Source of the DNA: Paragordius varius
Lineage: Eukaryota > Animalia > Nematomorpha
Reading direction: 5' to 3'
DNA length: 64,000 nt
Assembly (NCBI GenBank): GCA_964247055.1
Contig: OZ176050.1
Span: forward strand, 4,030,001-4,094,000
Of this stretch, positions 26,401 through 39,215 are shown piece after piece. The translations under genes and the position numbers were made by a program. Numbering within the stretch: the stretch's first letter is position 1; each line of letters starts with the position of its first letter. The notes under the pieces are model-generated. The model had not been told where the DNA came from and did no database searches. It saw only the letters and a list, made by a program, of their open reading frames with translations.

Positions 26401-29400
26401 TTCTGTTTTCTAGTGATATTTTATCTACATTTATAATGTTTTTTTTAAATATCCTTTTACCAATAACAGCCCAAAAAAGATTGGGAACATTACCTGTCGA
26501 TGCATTTAACAATTTGGAAGTGAGCAACAATGCTTCCGTCTCAGTTTTAGAAGAAATTACACTTAGATCGAATAAAAAGCCCGTACCTGGTATACTATTA
26601 GCAATCAAAATTAAATATTAATATGTCTTTTATGTTTTAAATTTTTTGATTTTCATATATCGAAATATTAGGATACGTTAATGCAATCATGGATTTGTTA
26701 CAAGAAGGTTCAATAGCACCCTTAGTACCTACTAAATACTCTAATACAATGAATGACAATACTCAAAATAATAGCAATCCTGAAATGTCTTTTGACTCCA
26801 AAGATTCAAATATGAATGATTTAACGACCGAAAAATTATCGGCTCCGGAAGGGAATCATACAGAAAATGTCTCATCAGCTCGAACAATTAATAAGAAATT
26901 TAATTCGGCTGCCGCCTCGAACGTTAACAATTTATGTAAAAAATATTAATTTACAATTAGTTTTCAAAAATTTTATAATATACATCTTATAATCATCTTG
27001 TTAAAATAAACAGCGCTTCTAAACTAATTGGCTCAGTTTAATCAGGCACTTTTCCAATATTTATATGAAGTTTTAGTTTTTATCGTTTAAAGTTAAAACA
27101 TTCCTGGTCATTATATGTGCGCAAGCTATAATATTAATTATAATTATTGCTAAAATTCTACATTATTTGATTTAATTAAAATTTAAGTTTTTTTAAAGAG
27201 GCTCAACATTCGTTCCTTCAAAAATATGTTGTTTCATTGAGCAATTTGATTTAATTACAAATAATTATAAAAAAAGATAGAGAATTGACACTACATTAAA
27301 CGTTATAAGAAAAATGTAAATTTTTAAACTGCCATACTTTTTAAACCATGATTTTTTTAATCTGAATGATTAAGACTGTAAAATATTGAGTGTGTAATCA
27401 ACACAACATCTCTATTCTTTATTTTGTAACTCAAAACGATAAGTTTAAACTAAAAAAATCATGGTTTTAATAAGATGAATTAATTATAATTTTGTTGAAA
27501 TTTTATTTTATGTTTTATACAGTTTATGATGCAAACGGGCCTAAAAGCCACATAGAATATAATGCTTGGAAACTTTTGAACATAGCCGCCGGGTGTGAGG
27601 GCAAATTCTATGATACAATTATACCATTAGGAAAACGTATTTTTTTTAAATCGTTTTTTCTCATATGTTTTTATCGAAAAATAAATGGTAACACAAAATT
27701 TTAATATTGATTATATGCAATGAATAAAATTTGTTTTGCAAGTATTAGTTATTTTTTATGTAAAAAGATTATTAAAAATTGCTCAAGTTCCGGATATTTT
27801 ATTAGTTTTTCAAAATAAAGGGTAATTATTTATTTTTATGTTTATATATATAGCCATACCCGATTTCGACAAAATTTATGATGCTACTTCGTATTTGGTA
27901 AATCTTGTGTTGGGAAAACATAATCCTTCAGTCGGTATTATGGGAACCTTGATAAATGCTCGAATAAACAAGTATTTAATTTTTTTAGTTTTGAAAGCAC
28001 ACATTTTAATTTTAATGAATAAATTAATTGCTTTTATAAAATTAACAATGTTTTCGATTTGATTTTTGACCTAATTCGATAATTTACATTTTTTCAGGAG
28101 TTTTATTATTATTTTTGTTTTAGAAAACAGTCTGTAATTATCTAATGATTATTGCGATTTTTACTTATTAAAATTATTTATTTTTATATATATTTTATTT
28201 CAAAAGTGATGATTTGAAATCGGCCTTAAGTGAGTTCCACAAGTATGCGTTGGAATTCAAGCAAACACCCCAAATGACCCATCTAATGAAACGGTTAATC
28301 AATCTCAACGATACTGAAAATTTGCAGAAATGTAATTTTATATATTATCTTTAAACTTTTAAATTATTCAATTATACTTATTTATTTTTACATTTTTTAA
28401 GATTTTGTTTGAAAGATGCGTAAAAAATTACTATTTTCAAACAAAATTTTATTGATTTTTGAAAATATTTATACCTCAAAAGTATAAATAATACATGTCT
28501 CCCTAACTTTTTATTTAAATTATTTAGCTTTTTGTTTTTTTTACTTTCAATCATCAGCCATTGACAAAAAATTTAACAAGTATTGAAAAGGAAAAGTATC
28601 GTTTGATTAAATTAATAATTAATATAAAATAAGACAATTAAGTCCATCAGTTTCAAACCCTTGAATAATTTAAAATTTACCCTCGAACAATTTAAATTCA
28701 CCCTAAAATAAATTGTGATTTTTAAGATTAAAAATTATTACTATTATTAATATTTTTAAGATATTGAATTCTGCCTTAAAGTATTGTAAAAATAATAAAC
28801 TATTCGCACAAATATATTTCATATTAAAGAGAAGGTATCTTAGCACGAAAACAAATAATTTATTTTTAGGGTAAATTTGAATTGTTCGAGGGTGAATTTG
28901 AATTGTTTAAGGGTGAATTTGAATTGATTTTTTCCAAAAACATTTATTGATATTTTGTGCTTTTCATTTTTATGATAATGTATAATATTTAGTGGTTGAT
29001 GTGTCTTCCGAAATTCATACGGAAACAAACGTTTTGATTGATTTACTTTTTGCTTTCATTGATTTGGGGCGCATGAAAGAGGCCGGAAAAGTTATTGAAG
29101 TATTTGTGTTTTTATTCTAATCTTTAGATTTTGGTTCTAAATTATTTTTAAGTTAGCATATATTCCAATTTTTTGATTTTAATTTTTGATTCAATTTTTA
29201 AGGATTTTATTTATTATATGTGTGTTTCATAGTCACCTAGCTTCCAATATCGCCCAAATCGATTTGACTTTTACTGTAGTCGTTATATACGAAATTGCCA
29301 AGTATTTTTTTAGAATATTTAACATATAATTGTAAATATTCATTTTCACTAATTACAAAATTAAAATATTTAATAATTTATTAATATAATATAAGCTTAA

Positions 29401-32400
29401 AAAATATTTTTAATTATCATTTATAATACTATTATTTTTTTAATAAATAGACGAAAGAATTGGAATTTTTGGTGAACGCATTAAAGGATACGAAAGATGA
29501 TGCTTGTCGAGATGCTATGTATTACAATCTGTTGAAAGTTTACGGTATGATTTTTTAGCCAATTTAATTATATATTTTATACATTTTTGATATAACTACA
29601 TTGTTTGCTAGTGAAAAATATGTTTTAAATTGAATTTTTTGCTTTTATTTTAAAAACTTTATATTGGTTTTATAACTAAGAGGTATGTAATGCGCCATAT
29701 AAAATATATTTAATAAATAGCGGCATTACTAGGTTTGCTAATAGCGTGGTTTTGAAATATGGGGGATAAGCACATTCCTAATTACATGGGAAAAATAAAA
29801 AAATAAGCTAAAATTATATTTGCTTCATATATTTCGATTGCGGCAACAAATAAAACTTTTGCGTTCAAAAAATTTACCTACTTGCTTTCTTATATACCAT
29901 TTACAATTCCAATTTACCCTTGAACAATTAAAATTCACCCTCAAATAAAATATATGTTTTTTAAGATTAATAATTACCTATATTTTTATATATTTTAAAA
30001 AATAAAATGCCATAAAGATATATTTCATATTAATATTATGTTAGTCCGAAAACATATAATTTATTTTTAGGATGAATTTTAACTGTGGTATATATTAAAA
30101 GTCTTGCGTCATTAAGTATGAATTTTTTAATATAACTTATTTTTATGATGCGTAGAACGGAATCAATCCAAGGAAGAGGCTATAAAACTGTGGGAAAAAA
30201 TGGTTGAAAATGAAAACTCCGGATATTTTTATTATTTGCTACCCAAATCAACTGCTGAAACAAAAGGAGGTGATATATCTAATGATCAATTAAACGCAAT
30301 AAATGAAGCTAAAAATGACAGTCAAGATAATAAAACAATCAATTTAAACGACTCTTCAACTACTGTAACGAATGGTATTTATTTTTTTAATTAAACCATA
30401 TTTTTATTAAAGCATTTTTTTCATGATAAATATAATATAATTAACCCACTTTTCGCAATTTATTGGTTTTTACTATCTTTTAGTGTGCACTTTATTCACA
30501 ATAATTTGGTATTTTACCACAATTTTAAGTTTGGTTTTTAACTTATTGTTATTTTTCAAACAAATTCATTTAAATTATTTACTGGTAAAATGTTTTTAAT
30601 TTTTATTTTTTTATTTAGAAAATGTCGTTTATAAAATGGGATCTGACTCCAAAATTGGTTTGCGACAACGTATAATGCAGGACACGGCAAAAATTAGGAA
30701 TTTGCGTTTATTGGCTCGGATCATACGCTCCGATTCTAATGCACATAGTTTGCAACTTTTTAATTTATGGGAGTTTTATTAAGTTGTTTTAACGTATTCT
30801 TAATAAATTATTCTTTAATAATTGGTGACATAGTCATAAATAATTTACGATAAAAATTAGATGTTTCCTAAAGACAACCACCATGTTTATAAATCTAATT
30901 TTTTTAACTAAAAATTAATCTAATAAAATCGTAATTTCATAGGTTATGTAAAAAAATGTAGAAAAATATATATAACACTTGTATTTACTTTTTATTTATT
31001 CCATACATTATCAATTTCGTTTGCATTTATTTTGTTGTTATACTAAGGTGATGAATCAATATGTCATAACATTTCACTACCTTTTAAAATCCCCACGGGT
31101 CCAAAAAATACACCAACTGCAACATTTGCCAATCAAAATGAAATCCGACAGGATACGGAAAATTCTATAATCAATGATCAAGGAAATTCTGAACGTCAAA
31201 ATCAGGTATAATTATAGGTGCATCTCTAAAATGCTTTTAAACCAAACTTATAACGATAAAAAGTAAAAGATTAACTTTTTTTAACTTTGATTTTAATATA
31301 ATTTATATCTTTTTACTAAATTATATAATTAAAGCTGTTAGCTATCGAAATATTATCCAAATTTCAACAAAACAATATGTTTAATTATTAATTATGGTAT
31401 GAGAAATAATAAATTTTATTTTCCATGTTTTGTCTATACAATTTAAATTTTTACATGGAGCGATATTCGTATGTTTACATAAAATAACTTCTTAGGATTT
31501 TGATAAAGAACGCCAAATAATGCAAGAAATTGGAAACGGTGATGTTGCAAAAGCCTATCTTTTAAAACAAAAGTATATTTTTTTGTTTAATTTCTAATTA
31601 TTTCGTTTGAGGTTTTACATGTATGTAAGTTTTTTTAATATACCATCTACATTTCAAATTTATCCTAAAAATAAATTATGTGTTTTCGGGCTTATATATT
31701 CATCATTATTAAAAAATATATTCTTATAACATAGTTTATTATTTTTTTAGTATTATATTAATTTTAAGCGTTTTTTTATTTTTTAATTATATCAAAATAT
31801 GGGTATTTTAAATTTTGAAAATCATAATTTCTTTTAGGGTATATTTCAAGGGTGAATTTCGATTATTCAAGGGTGAATTTGAATTGTTCAAGGGTATATT
31901 TGAATTGTTAAAGGGTGAATTTGAATTGTTTAAGGGTGAATTGGAATTGTTCAAAGGTGTATTTGAATTGTTCAAGGGTGAATTTGAATCGTTCAAGGGT
32001 ATATTTGAATTGTTCGAGGGTGAGTTTAAATTGTTCACGGACGAAGTTGAACTGTAAATGGTATATTCAATTAATATTTTTTAGCTAATTACTAGATGAA
32101 CATTGTTATTTTATATAGATTGTATTGAAAAATGTTTTCTCTTAAATCAATAATTTAGATTATACCAAAACTCAAAGAGTATACTTTCACCCAAAACTTA
32201 TGCCGCATTGATGGAGGGATTGCTTAAGACTGATGGTAAATTAATTCTTTTTGGTGTATTTTGAATTTTACCAAAAATAATTTAAATAATTAGATTGGTA
32301 ATTGCAATTTATATGAAAAGAAAAAACCTCTATTGAACCATAATTTAATATATGTTGTCGTCTAAATTACGTTTTGCATGATTATAATTTTCATCATAAT

Positions 32401-34883
32401 GAGTTGAGTTATATTGTCCTTTTTTTGCTATAATAAGATAATGTTTTGGATGCGTTACGTTTGGGTGAAGAAATGACATCTTATGGTTTGTATGTGCCCT
32501 TACCCCTCATAAAAAGTTTGTTGAGTCGCTTATCAGCGCAAGGGAAAGTCGGGGAAATTATTGAACGCATCCCTGCCCTTATAAGTGTGACTGAGGTGCG
32601 GAATCGTATAAATATCCCCCGTTATATATCCTACGCTTACACAAATAGGTATGAAAATGATGCATATCTAAATTTTATCATACATTTTTGCAGTTATAAA
32701 TTTTTGAGAAGAAGAAACTAACCAGGTTATTTACCGTAAAATCCGTAGTAATGGTGGCCCCCCTACCTAAAAAGAGCGTTTTTAAACCCATCACTTTTAG
32801 ATATTTTTTTAAAGGTTGATTAGGAAAAGGAGTTACTGTTAAAATTTGTGTGTTATATCCCGCAAGTTAACTAGTTTTGCATTCTAGTACGCCAAAAACA
32901 TGAATAATATTTGATTTTATATGAAGTATATGAATAAATTATTATTCAACTATATATTAAGTATTAGAAAATAAATTGTATAAAAATTTATTATATTTGG
33001 GTCACGATACAATTCATAAGCCATGATTTAGGGGAGTTTACAGTAGTACATAAATTATTTTCTTTTATTGGATTTCATTTACTCAAAATAAATAATAGTG
33101 TATGTATTATTATAAATAGCGGACGATTTGGGGATTACATTACAGAATTGGAAAAAAGTTGCCATCAAAATGAATTAAGTAATGTCAAATTACCGTTTGG
33201 AATTGTGTATGGTTTATCCAAAGAACCTGACAAATCAGACAGAAGTATTTATTATTTAGTATTTTTGATAAAATAAAACATTTGGGATTATATATATATA
33301 AGAGATATTTTTAATAGAATTTATGAGTTTGAACCTTAAATGCCTTATTAATTATTATTTATTAAATTAATTTTTATCTTTTTTGTTACTCAGCATTTTT
33401 AAAATGTTTAATCTTCTTTTATGGTTTTGAGTTCTTTAAATTATTTTTAAAATTTTATTCTATCTATCAACCCATTAGTTTTACAGTTATCCAAAGTTTA
33501 CATGGACAAATTCAACATTTTTGCGGGGTATAATACCATGTTTACCTATTACTTTCTTTCGCGACAATTTGAAAAAGCTCATGACTTGTATAACACAATT
33601 TTAAAGCCTAATTTGAAACCGTTGGCTGATGTGAATGTAGTGAATGATAAAACAGAAAACATTTCAAACAATGAACATGATTTAAGTATTAATCAAGATA
33701 AATTCGACCATGAAAAGTTGCGTGAAGCCCATCTCAATCTCATAAATATTTGTAGGGATGCCAAAATCAAAAATGATGTATTTGTACTATTTTTCTTACA
33801 ATTAGAATGTGTGGTTTTAATTTTAAAAATCATTTTTGTTTCTTTTTGAGATTTTAACATGGTTCGAAATAGCAACAATATTTATTTGAATTATGCTCTG
33901 ATTTTTAATAAGGTGTGCCTAATTTTGTATAGAGGCAAAATATTACAGGTAAAAAATAATAAGTACCATTTTTTATACCCTATCGTTTTAAATTGAGAAA
34001 TGGTAAAAATAATGTAAATTGGTTGAGCATCAAATTCTTCTCACATTTTAATGGGTCATATACTATAGTTGTTTCCGCAAAACAATAGAAACGGCTTTTT
34101 TATGTTTTGTGTTTATAATAATTTTTAAATCTCAAATATATTTGCGCAGGATGCAGCCCTTAAATTTTTGATTTATGATATGGAGATTGAAAGAAAGCAA
34201 GACTTGGGCCTTCTTTACAGCTTTTGGATAAGTTTAAAATGTATGTTAAATATTTTGATTTACTATAAAATAAGCTTGGAATCGAAACTTCCGTAATTTA
34301 CCTCCTTTGTGAAAAAAATATATTTAGTTAGCATTTTACATTATTTTCACCATAAATATATTTTTTCACTCTTAAAATTAGGACCAATTTTTTGGAAAAT
34401 AATAGGTATCTAGCTACTCAATTTTAAATCTATATTACATCAAAATAATACTAAATGATTGTAAAAATATAAATTTAAAAGAGAGATTTTAATCATTTGT
34501 AAAAATTAATTATATTTTAGCATCAATGAAAAAAATATATATATATCATTATTAGGTCATAATGGTGCTTACACAGAGGCTTTGAATTTGTTTAATGAAG
34601 GCGTAGAACGTAAAGGCTTAGCTTTGGAGCATTTTAGAGTTTTTGCCCTGAGAGAACTCAAAAATTGTTTGGAATCTAATGGGACATTGGTGCCGTTCGA
34701 TATTTCTCAAGTATTTACTTTTTTTACAAATAAAATGTTAAAAGATTTATCAATATTTATAAGAACTAATTATTATTATTTTGATTATTGTAATTGCAAA
34801 AAATAGTAATATATAAATTTGTTTTATAATATCATATTATATTATTATTATAGCGGAACGTAGAAAATAGAATGGCACAATGA
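13567..34883 (+). CDS. LRPPRC: Leucine-rich PPR-motif-containing protein, mitochondrial (LRPPRC orthologue), ~37 exons, ~1,950 aa
   Basis: The spliced frame keeps phase from ATG 13567 (MLQRAKNFNKVLK.., basic, targeting-peptide-like) to TGA 34883. Segments collinear with remembered human LRPPRC: HALLLIRCCG, THFNSLLKVF, PNRITYQRFVSYVCESG, FRPHYFWPL, PNVTTFHSYVYP, DLLFAFIDLGRMKEAGKVIE, RDAMYYNLLKVY, LRLLARII, LVPFD. Exon starts: 13567, 13655, 13878, 14027, 17462, 18062, 18751, 19400, 19905, 20283, 21774, 22113, 23227, 23546, 23705, 24335, 24758, 25503, 26470, 26672, 27522, 27854, 28207, 28990, 29233, 29451, 30156, 30620, 31049, 31497, 32160, 32438, 33120, 33479, 34151, 34557, 34854 (some +/- a few nt). 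Confidence 0.92.
14662..17397 (-). mobile_element. hAT DNA transposon, Charlie/Buster (SPIN/GTF2IRD2-like), antisense in LRPPRC intron 4
   Basis: TIRs CAGGGGTGGCCA (14662) and TGGCCACCCCTG (ends 17397). Exact TSD ATTTATAT at 14654-14661 and 17398-17405. Subterminal GCGGTCAC motifs, including a perfect CGCGGTCAC-GAAA-GTGACCGCG hairpin at ~17354-17375. Confidence 0.95.
15203..17019 (-). pseudogene. Full-length Charlie/SPIN-type transposase with three frameshifts
   Basis: ATG 17019 MSQKKLYRYKKDWEHEYYF..CLICNSTVAL (BED-like), then LDESTD, RGQDIF, TDGAPAM, HCIIHNQVLC, HTDVRWLSR, LAFLCDIT and FGSTYLCESAFS. Frameshifts at ~16908, ~16495 and ~15550. Confidence 0.9.
25946..26248. mobile_element. Foldback MITE family A, copy 1 (LRPPRC intron)
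   Basis: Termini TACCATTTACA..TGTAAATGGTA flanked by TA. The arms are built of 21-bp TTCAAATTCACCCTTGAACAA units in inverted orientation around an AT-rich spacer. Confidence 0.9.
28645..28926. mobile_element. Foldback MITE family A, copy 2 (ends degraded)
   Basis: 21-bp units on both arms and the shared spacer (TTTTTAAGATTAAAA), but the terminal motifs are lost. Confidence 0.8.
29895..30090. mobile_element. Foldback MITE family A, copy 3 (short right arm)
   Basis: TACCATTTACAA start and ..AACTGTGGTA end, with the same spacer. Confidence 0.85.
31641..32063. mobile_element. Foldback MITE family A, copy 4 (right arm expanded to ~10 units)
   Basis: TACCATCTACA start, a long run of GGGTGAATTTGAATTGTTCAA at ~31840-32050, and a TGTAAATGGTA end. 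Confidence 0.88.
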
Positions 34884-35764
34884 ATATCAGAATGTTTGTA
34901 AATGGCATATATTTTTATATAGAATATTTTTAATCTAGTATTGATTTCAATAAATTGTGATTTTGTTTCCTTATAGTCCTTGATTTTTTAGATTCAAAAT
35001 TGATAAATTTTGGCGAAATAATTTTTGGATATGTAAAGTCGTGATTATAGGCTACAATTAAGTATAAAACTATACGGTCAAACCTCTTTTTATGGTTATC
35101 ACGGGACCAAATTGTTTTTACAACATATTTTAATTTTGGCACTATTATTGGTCGGCATAAAAATGCAAAAAAAAAATTTTTACGGTAAAAAATACGCACA
35201 GAAATTATTAGTTAGGAAAAAATCAGGTAAATGCCCTTTTTGAACGCAACTTTGCATTTTTACCAAATTTTTATATTCATCTACTTTTTGAATTTATCAT
35301 TATCATATAAACCTATTTGGTTAACCCATTTCAGCAGTTATAATCTTTAAAAATGGTTAATCATAATAAGATAATGCAGATAAAAATGGTAATCAGTTTT
35401 ATACTGTTTGTAGAGTTATTAAATGCATAAAAGTTACGACCGTTTATTTCGCACAAAAGGAAACGGTAAAATAAGGGTATAAAACCGCGAAAAAAAGATT
35501 TTAGGGTTTTACAGGATTTTCAGGCACCGTAAAAACAGTGATTATAATAGGAATATAATTTATTCCATAGTTTTTCATTTATTATTGTCAGGTAGAGTTT
35601 ACAGTTCAAAAGCAATATGATTCGCTTATATTTTGCGCTGTTAAAAAATTGTGTAGTTTATTCGCTTTTTTGAGCCAATAGAATAACTTTATCAAAATAT
35701 CAGACAATATTGAATTAAAAACTAGCAATGTATAATTACTCATACTATGTAAAAGAAAAATAAT

Positions 35765-37470
35765 TTATTGCATAGTTTTGCGAATAAAAATGAGTAAATA
35801 AGTTTTGCGACCTTCACGTTCCACTTTTTGGCCTTCTTGCGTTTTTTGGCTCAAACATTTCAACCAGTCATATTCTTCCTAATATTATATAAAGAAAAAA
35901 GTTAATTGTCTTAAATTTGAATATATACCATTTACAATTACATTTCACCCTTAAACAATTCAAATTCACCCTTGAACAATTCAAATTCACCCTCGAACAA
36001 TTCAAATTCACCCTCAAATAAAATACATGTTTTTTAAGATTAAAAATAACTATATTTTATATATTTTTTTTAAAATAAAATTTTTGTTTTAAATTCAAAT
36101 AATATTGAAAAATAATAAACTATACCATAAACATATATATCATATTAATAATGAGTTATATTAGTCTGACATAATTTATTATTTGAATTGTTCAAAGGTG
36201 AATTTGAATTTTTCAAGGGTGAATTTGAATTGTTCAAGGGTGAATTTGAACTGTAAATGGTATATATTTTTATGCTATATTTTTAGTAACACCAATTATA
36301 ACCTTTTAGATAAATAAGGTATTTATATTCGAATACCAAAAAAGCATTAGCAATGTAAAAATTTATAATGGAAGAAAACATGCCCATCCTGTCATATACA
36401 CTGCATTAAATAATCAATCTAAATTCCTAATGTTAGGTTTATATTAGATAATATATTAACACGCATAATCAGATAAGTTAATGATATAACCATTTTAAAT
36501 ATGGCATACATGCTCTATATAAATGATGAATAATCTGGTTTCTTGGCTAGAAAGATTACCATATTATATTCTGACTAAATATTTAACAGTTCTATTATAA
36601 CAAATATTAATTTGCTTATACTTAATTTTTCAGTCATCGTTAAATTTTAAATCGGTTATATAGTGTTCATTGTCTGGATAAATTAAATGCAATATGTTTT
36701 TTGATAAGGAATAATCCAAAACTTTTTTAAAATTTGGAAAAACCCTATAAATATTTACCTTATATCTTTCTGGTTCCAAATACTGTAAAAGCGGGTGCCT
36801 ATTCAAATGTTCGTAATTCCATTTGTGAAGTTGCTCCACATCCGTTGCACTGTATAAACATCCCTGAAATATAGAAATTTATTTCTAACATTTTCCTTCA
36901 TAATAAATGCTATTTCATCTAGAAGTGAATCACTAATAAATCTCCATTTATGTTTGGCTTTTTTAAAATGCGGATCTGGGTACATCAAAAATATTTTTTT
37001 AATCTCTATATTGTAAAAGGTTTAACAAACTTGGGATTTATTAAAAAAGTTTGGCAAGTATTTCATGGCATTTGTGCGAACACATGCTATATTTTTATAC
37101 ATATTTGGATTTTCTTCACGAAGATTTTCGATTGTTTGTATAACAAAATCGGAAACTTTAATGCGTATTTCGATACCAAGCATGCGAATTTCTGGAAAAT
37201 GTGGCGATAGATATGCTACAAAATAAATTATTGGTAGTACTTAGTAGACCTCCGTATCCACAACCAATATCTACAAACTCAATGGGTGTTGTAGTGTCCT
37301 CCGAATCAAATAATGTCTTATAACTTAATTGACTCGGAAATAAAGGACTAAATTAAAAAATATAAAAACTGATATAACGGGCGGAATGATATTGGATTTG
37401 AGTGCGCACGCTGTCTGAAATATCTTTTTTGTGGTTTTTGAGTCATGCTTGATTTTGGTTTTTGAGTCAT
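35765..37470 (-). CDS. METTL1: tRNA (guanine-N7)-methyltransferase catalytic subunit (METTL1/Trm8), 6 exons, 241 aa
   Basis: complement(join(35765..35878,36759..36863,36890..37003,37031..37215,37241..37347,37370..37470)) is 726 nt and in frame. Motifs: PQKRYFRQRAHSNP, EFVDIGCGYGGLL, GIEIRIKV, NIACVRTNAMKYLPNFF, YPDPHFKKAKHKWR, TDVEQLHKW, TQEGQKVEREG. Confidence 0.96.
35926..36262. mobile_element. Foldback MITE family A, copy 5 (METTL1 intron 5)
   Basis: Complete TACCATTTACA..TGTAAATGGTA termini and 21-bp arm units. Confidence 0.9.
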
Positions 37471-39215
37471 GCTTGATTTTCATAAAAAGTTTATCATATG
37501 AACAATTTCAGCCTAAGGGAATAAGATACATCAAATTTGGTCCAAATTGGGAGGGTGGGGGGAAGGGGTATGGATAAATATTGTTTAAATATTATATATA
37601 TATATATTATAAATATATATATATAAATCATTATAGTTTTGTCTACGAATGCCTTATTTTAAAAATCATTACTAAAATATATTATAAATTACATATAAAA
37701 TGCAAATAATATTTTTAAAAATTTAGATGCAGGTTCCGAAAATCCCAATTTTTTTGCCTTTTTGAAATAGTATCATTCATTTAACACTTGGATACAACAC
37801 ATTATTTTAGTCCTTCGATTCATATTGGGGTAGTTAAATACCCCAAGCCTGTTTAAAATTAAATTCTTTTAAAAATATGGAAGGAATCGAAACCATGGCA
37901 AAATTTTACACTTATATAACATTAATAAACCAAAATATATAATTAATTTTATTCAAAAATACTTGATATTACTTATTTAAGCTAAAAAAGGTAAAAATCT
38001 AGTCAACGTGATATGTGTGCAATGGTAAAATTGAAAAATTAAACAAAATAAACAGCTTTTTCTATATCTATCAATGTTAGATGTAATTTAAATAAATAAT
38101 TAGCTTTAAATTTAGCTTTAAAATTAATTAAATACCATATTTTGCAAAAACTTTGTAAAATAAAAATGGCGTCGAAGTAGTTTGACATGGAAATTTTTTT
38201 TCAAAACAAAATTTTATTTGGATATTTTGGCATATTCATATAATTTACAATAGTATAGAAGCATAAATTTAAATTGAGACCGTTTCCTTATGTAGCTTTT
38301 TAAGAATCCTAACTCAAATATAGTCTGGGGTATTTAGATACCTCAATTTGAATCGAAGTGTTAAACTTAACGCGAAAATGCCGGAATCATGCGAAATTTT
38401 AAATATATAATTTTGACATCAAAAAAATGTACCAAAGTAATGGATATATTTAGTTAATTTTTTTATAGCAAAATGTAAAAATGTGCTTTATATTCTTTGG
38501 TGCAAGATGAAAACGTTTATATTCTAAAAATACTTTTTTTATGAATCTGACACTGAGCACCTATCACCTCAGAATTTTTATTAAAATATTCTGCTAAATT
38601 TATAAACGATTCGTAAAATTACAATATTTCGCGGAAATGTTTAGTATTATCAAATTTTATTATTAAATAACTTAAAGTTTTTTAAAACCGTTTTTACCAT
38701 GCTTTAAAATATTAAATTTATAACAATAATTATTTTTTGGAAAAAAATATGGATGTCAAAATTTAGCATCTCGGCCCTTTTGTCTTTATTTTAAAATAAA
38801 TTGCCATCTAAATGGGTAATTTGAGAGGTTTGGAGATTACATTAAAATTTGAAAATTTTATAAAAATGTTGCTTTGCTTTTTATGTGTAGTTTATAATAT
38901 ATTTAATGATATTCTTTGGAACTAAACATTTACATTTTACAGAAAACTTTATTTGATATAATGTGCGATAATTTTGTTTTTTTCTGATATGGAGCAGATA
39001 CCACAAAAGTGTAATGGCCGAAAACAAAAGGATCATGAATATTTTGTTAATATATTTATTGCGAATATTTTTAACCGATTTTAGTCATAGTGTATATTAA
39101 TATAATCTCACAGAAACTTAGATATTTTATCACCATATATTTGAAATGGAATTTATAAATACAAGATAAAACTATATAAAAAGCCATAGGCCGGCCCATA
39201 TTTTCATAAATAAAT
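37471..39215. promoter_or_regulatory. Divergent (head-to-head) intergenic region between METTL1 and ALG9, probably a shared promoter region
   Basis: Inferred only from the opposing start codons at 37470 (-) and 39216 (+). It contains a MITE and a G-run tract. No TSS is visible. Confidence 0.4.
37785..38360. mobile_element. TTAA-flanked piggyBac-like MITE family B, copy 1
   Basis: TTAA|CACTT..AAGTG|TTAA. Inner inverted repeat TTCGATTCA(A)ATTGGGGTA..TACCCC. The ~575-bp body is shared with copies 2 and 3. Confidence 0.85.

Noticed and set aside
27972-27988. Possible 17-nt intron in distal LRPPRC
   Set aside because: Using this acceptor leads to a stop within ~12 codons. The acceptor at ~28206 restores the conserved LRPPRC sequence.
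31808-32057. ORFs with NSPLNN, KGEFEL, QFKFTLE or RVNLNCS heptad repeats (also 26002-26223, 28840-29028, 59963-60693, and the tail of 25551-26036)
   Set aside because: They are translations of the 21-bp (7-codon) arm repeats of MITE family A, not proteins.
36745-36758. Possible 14-nt intron or read-through at METTL1 exon 5 (ORF 36630-36839)
   Set aside because: The conserved METTL1 C-terminus (TQEGQKVEREG) is in the exon at 35878-35765, so the real intron is 880 nt.
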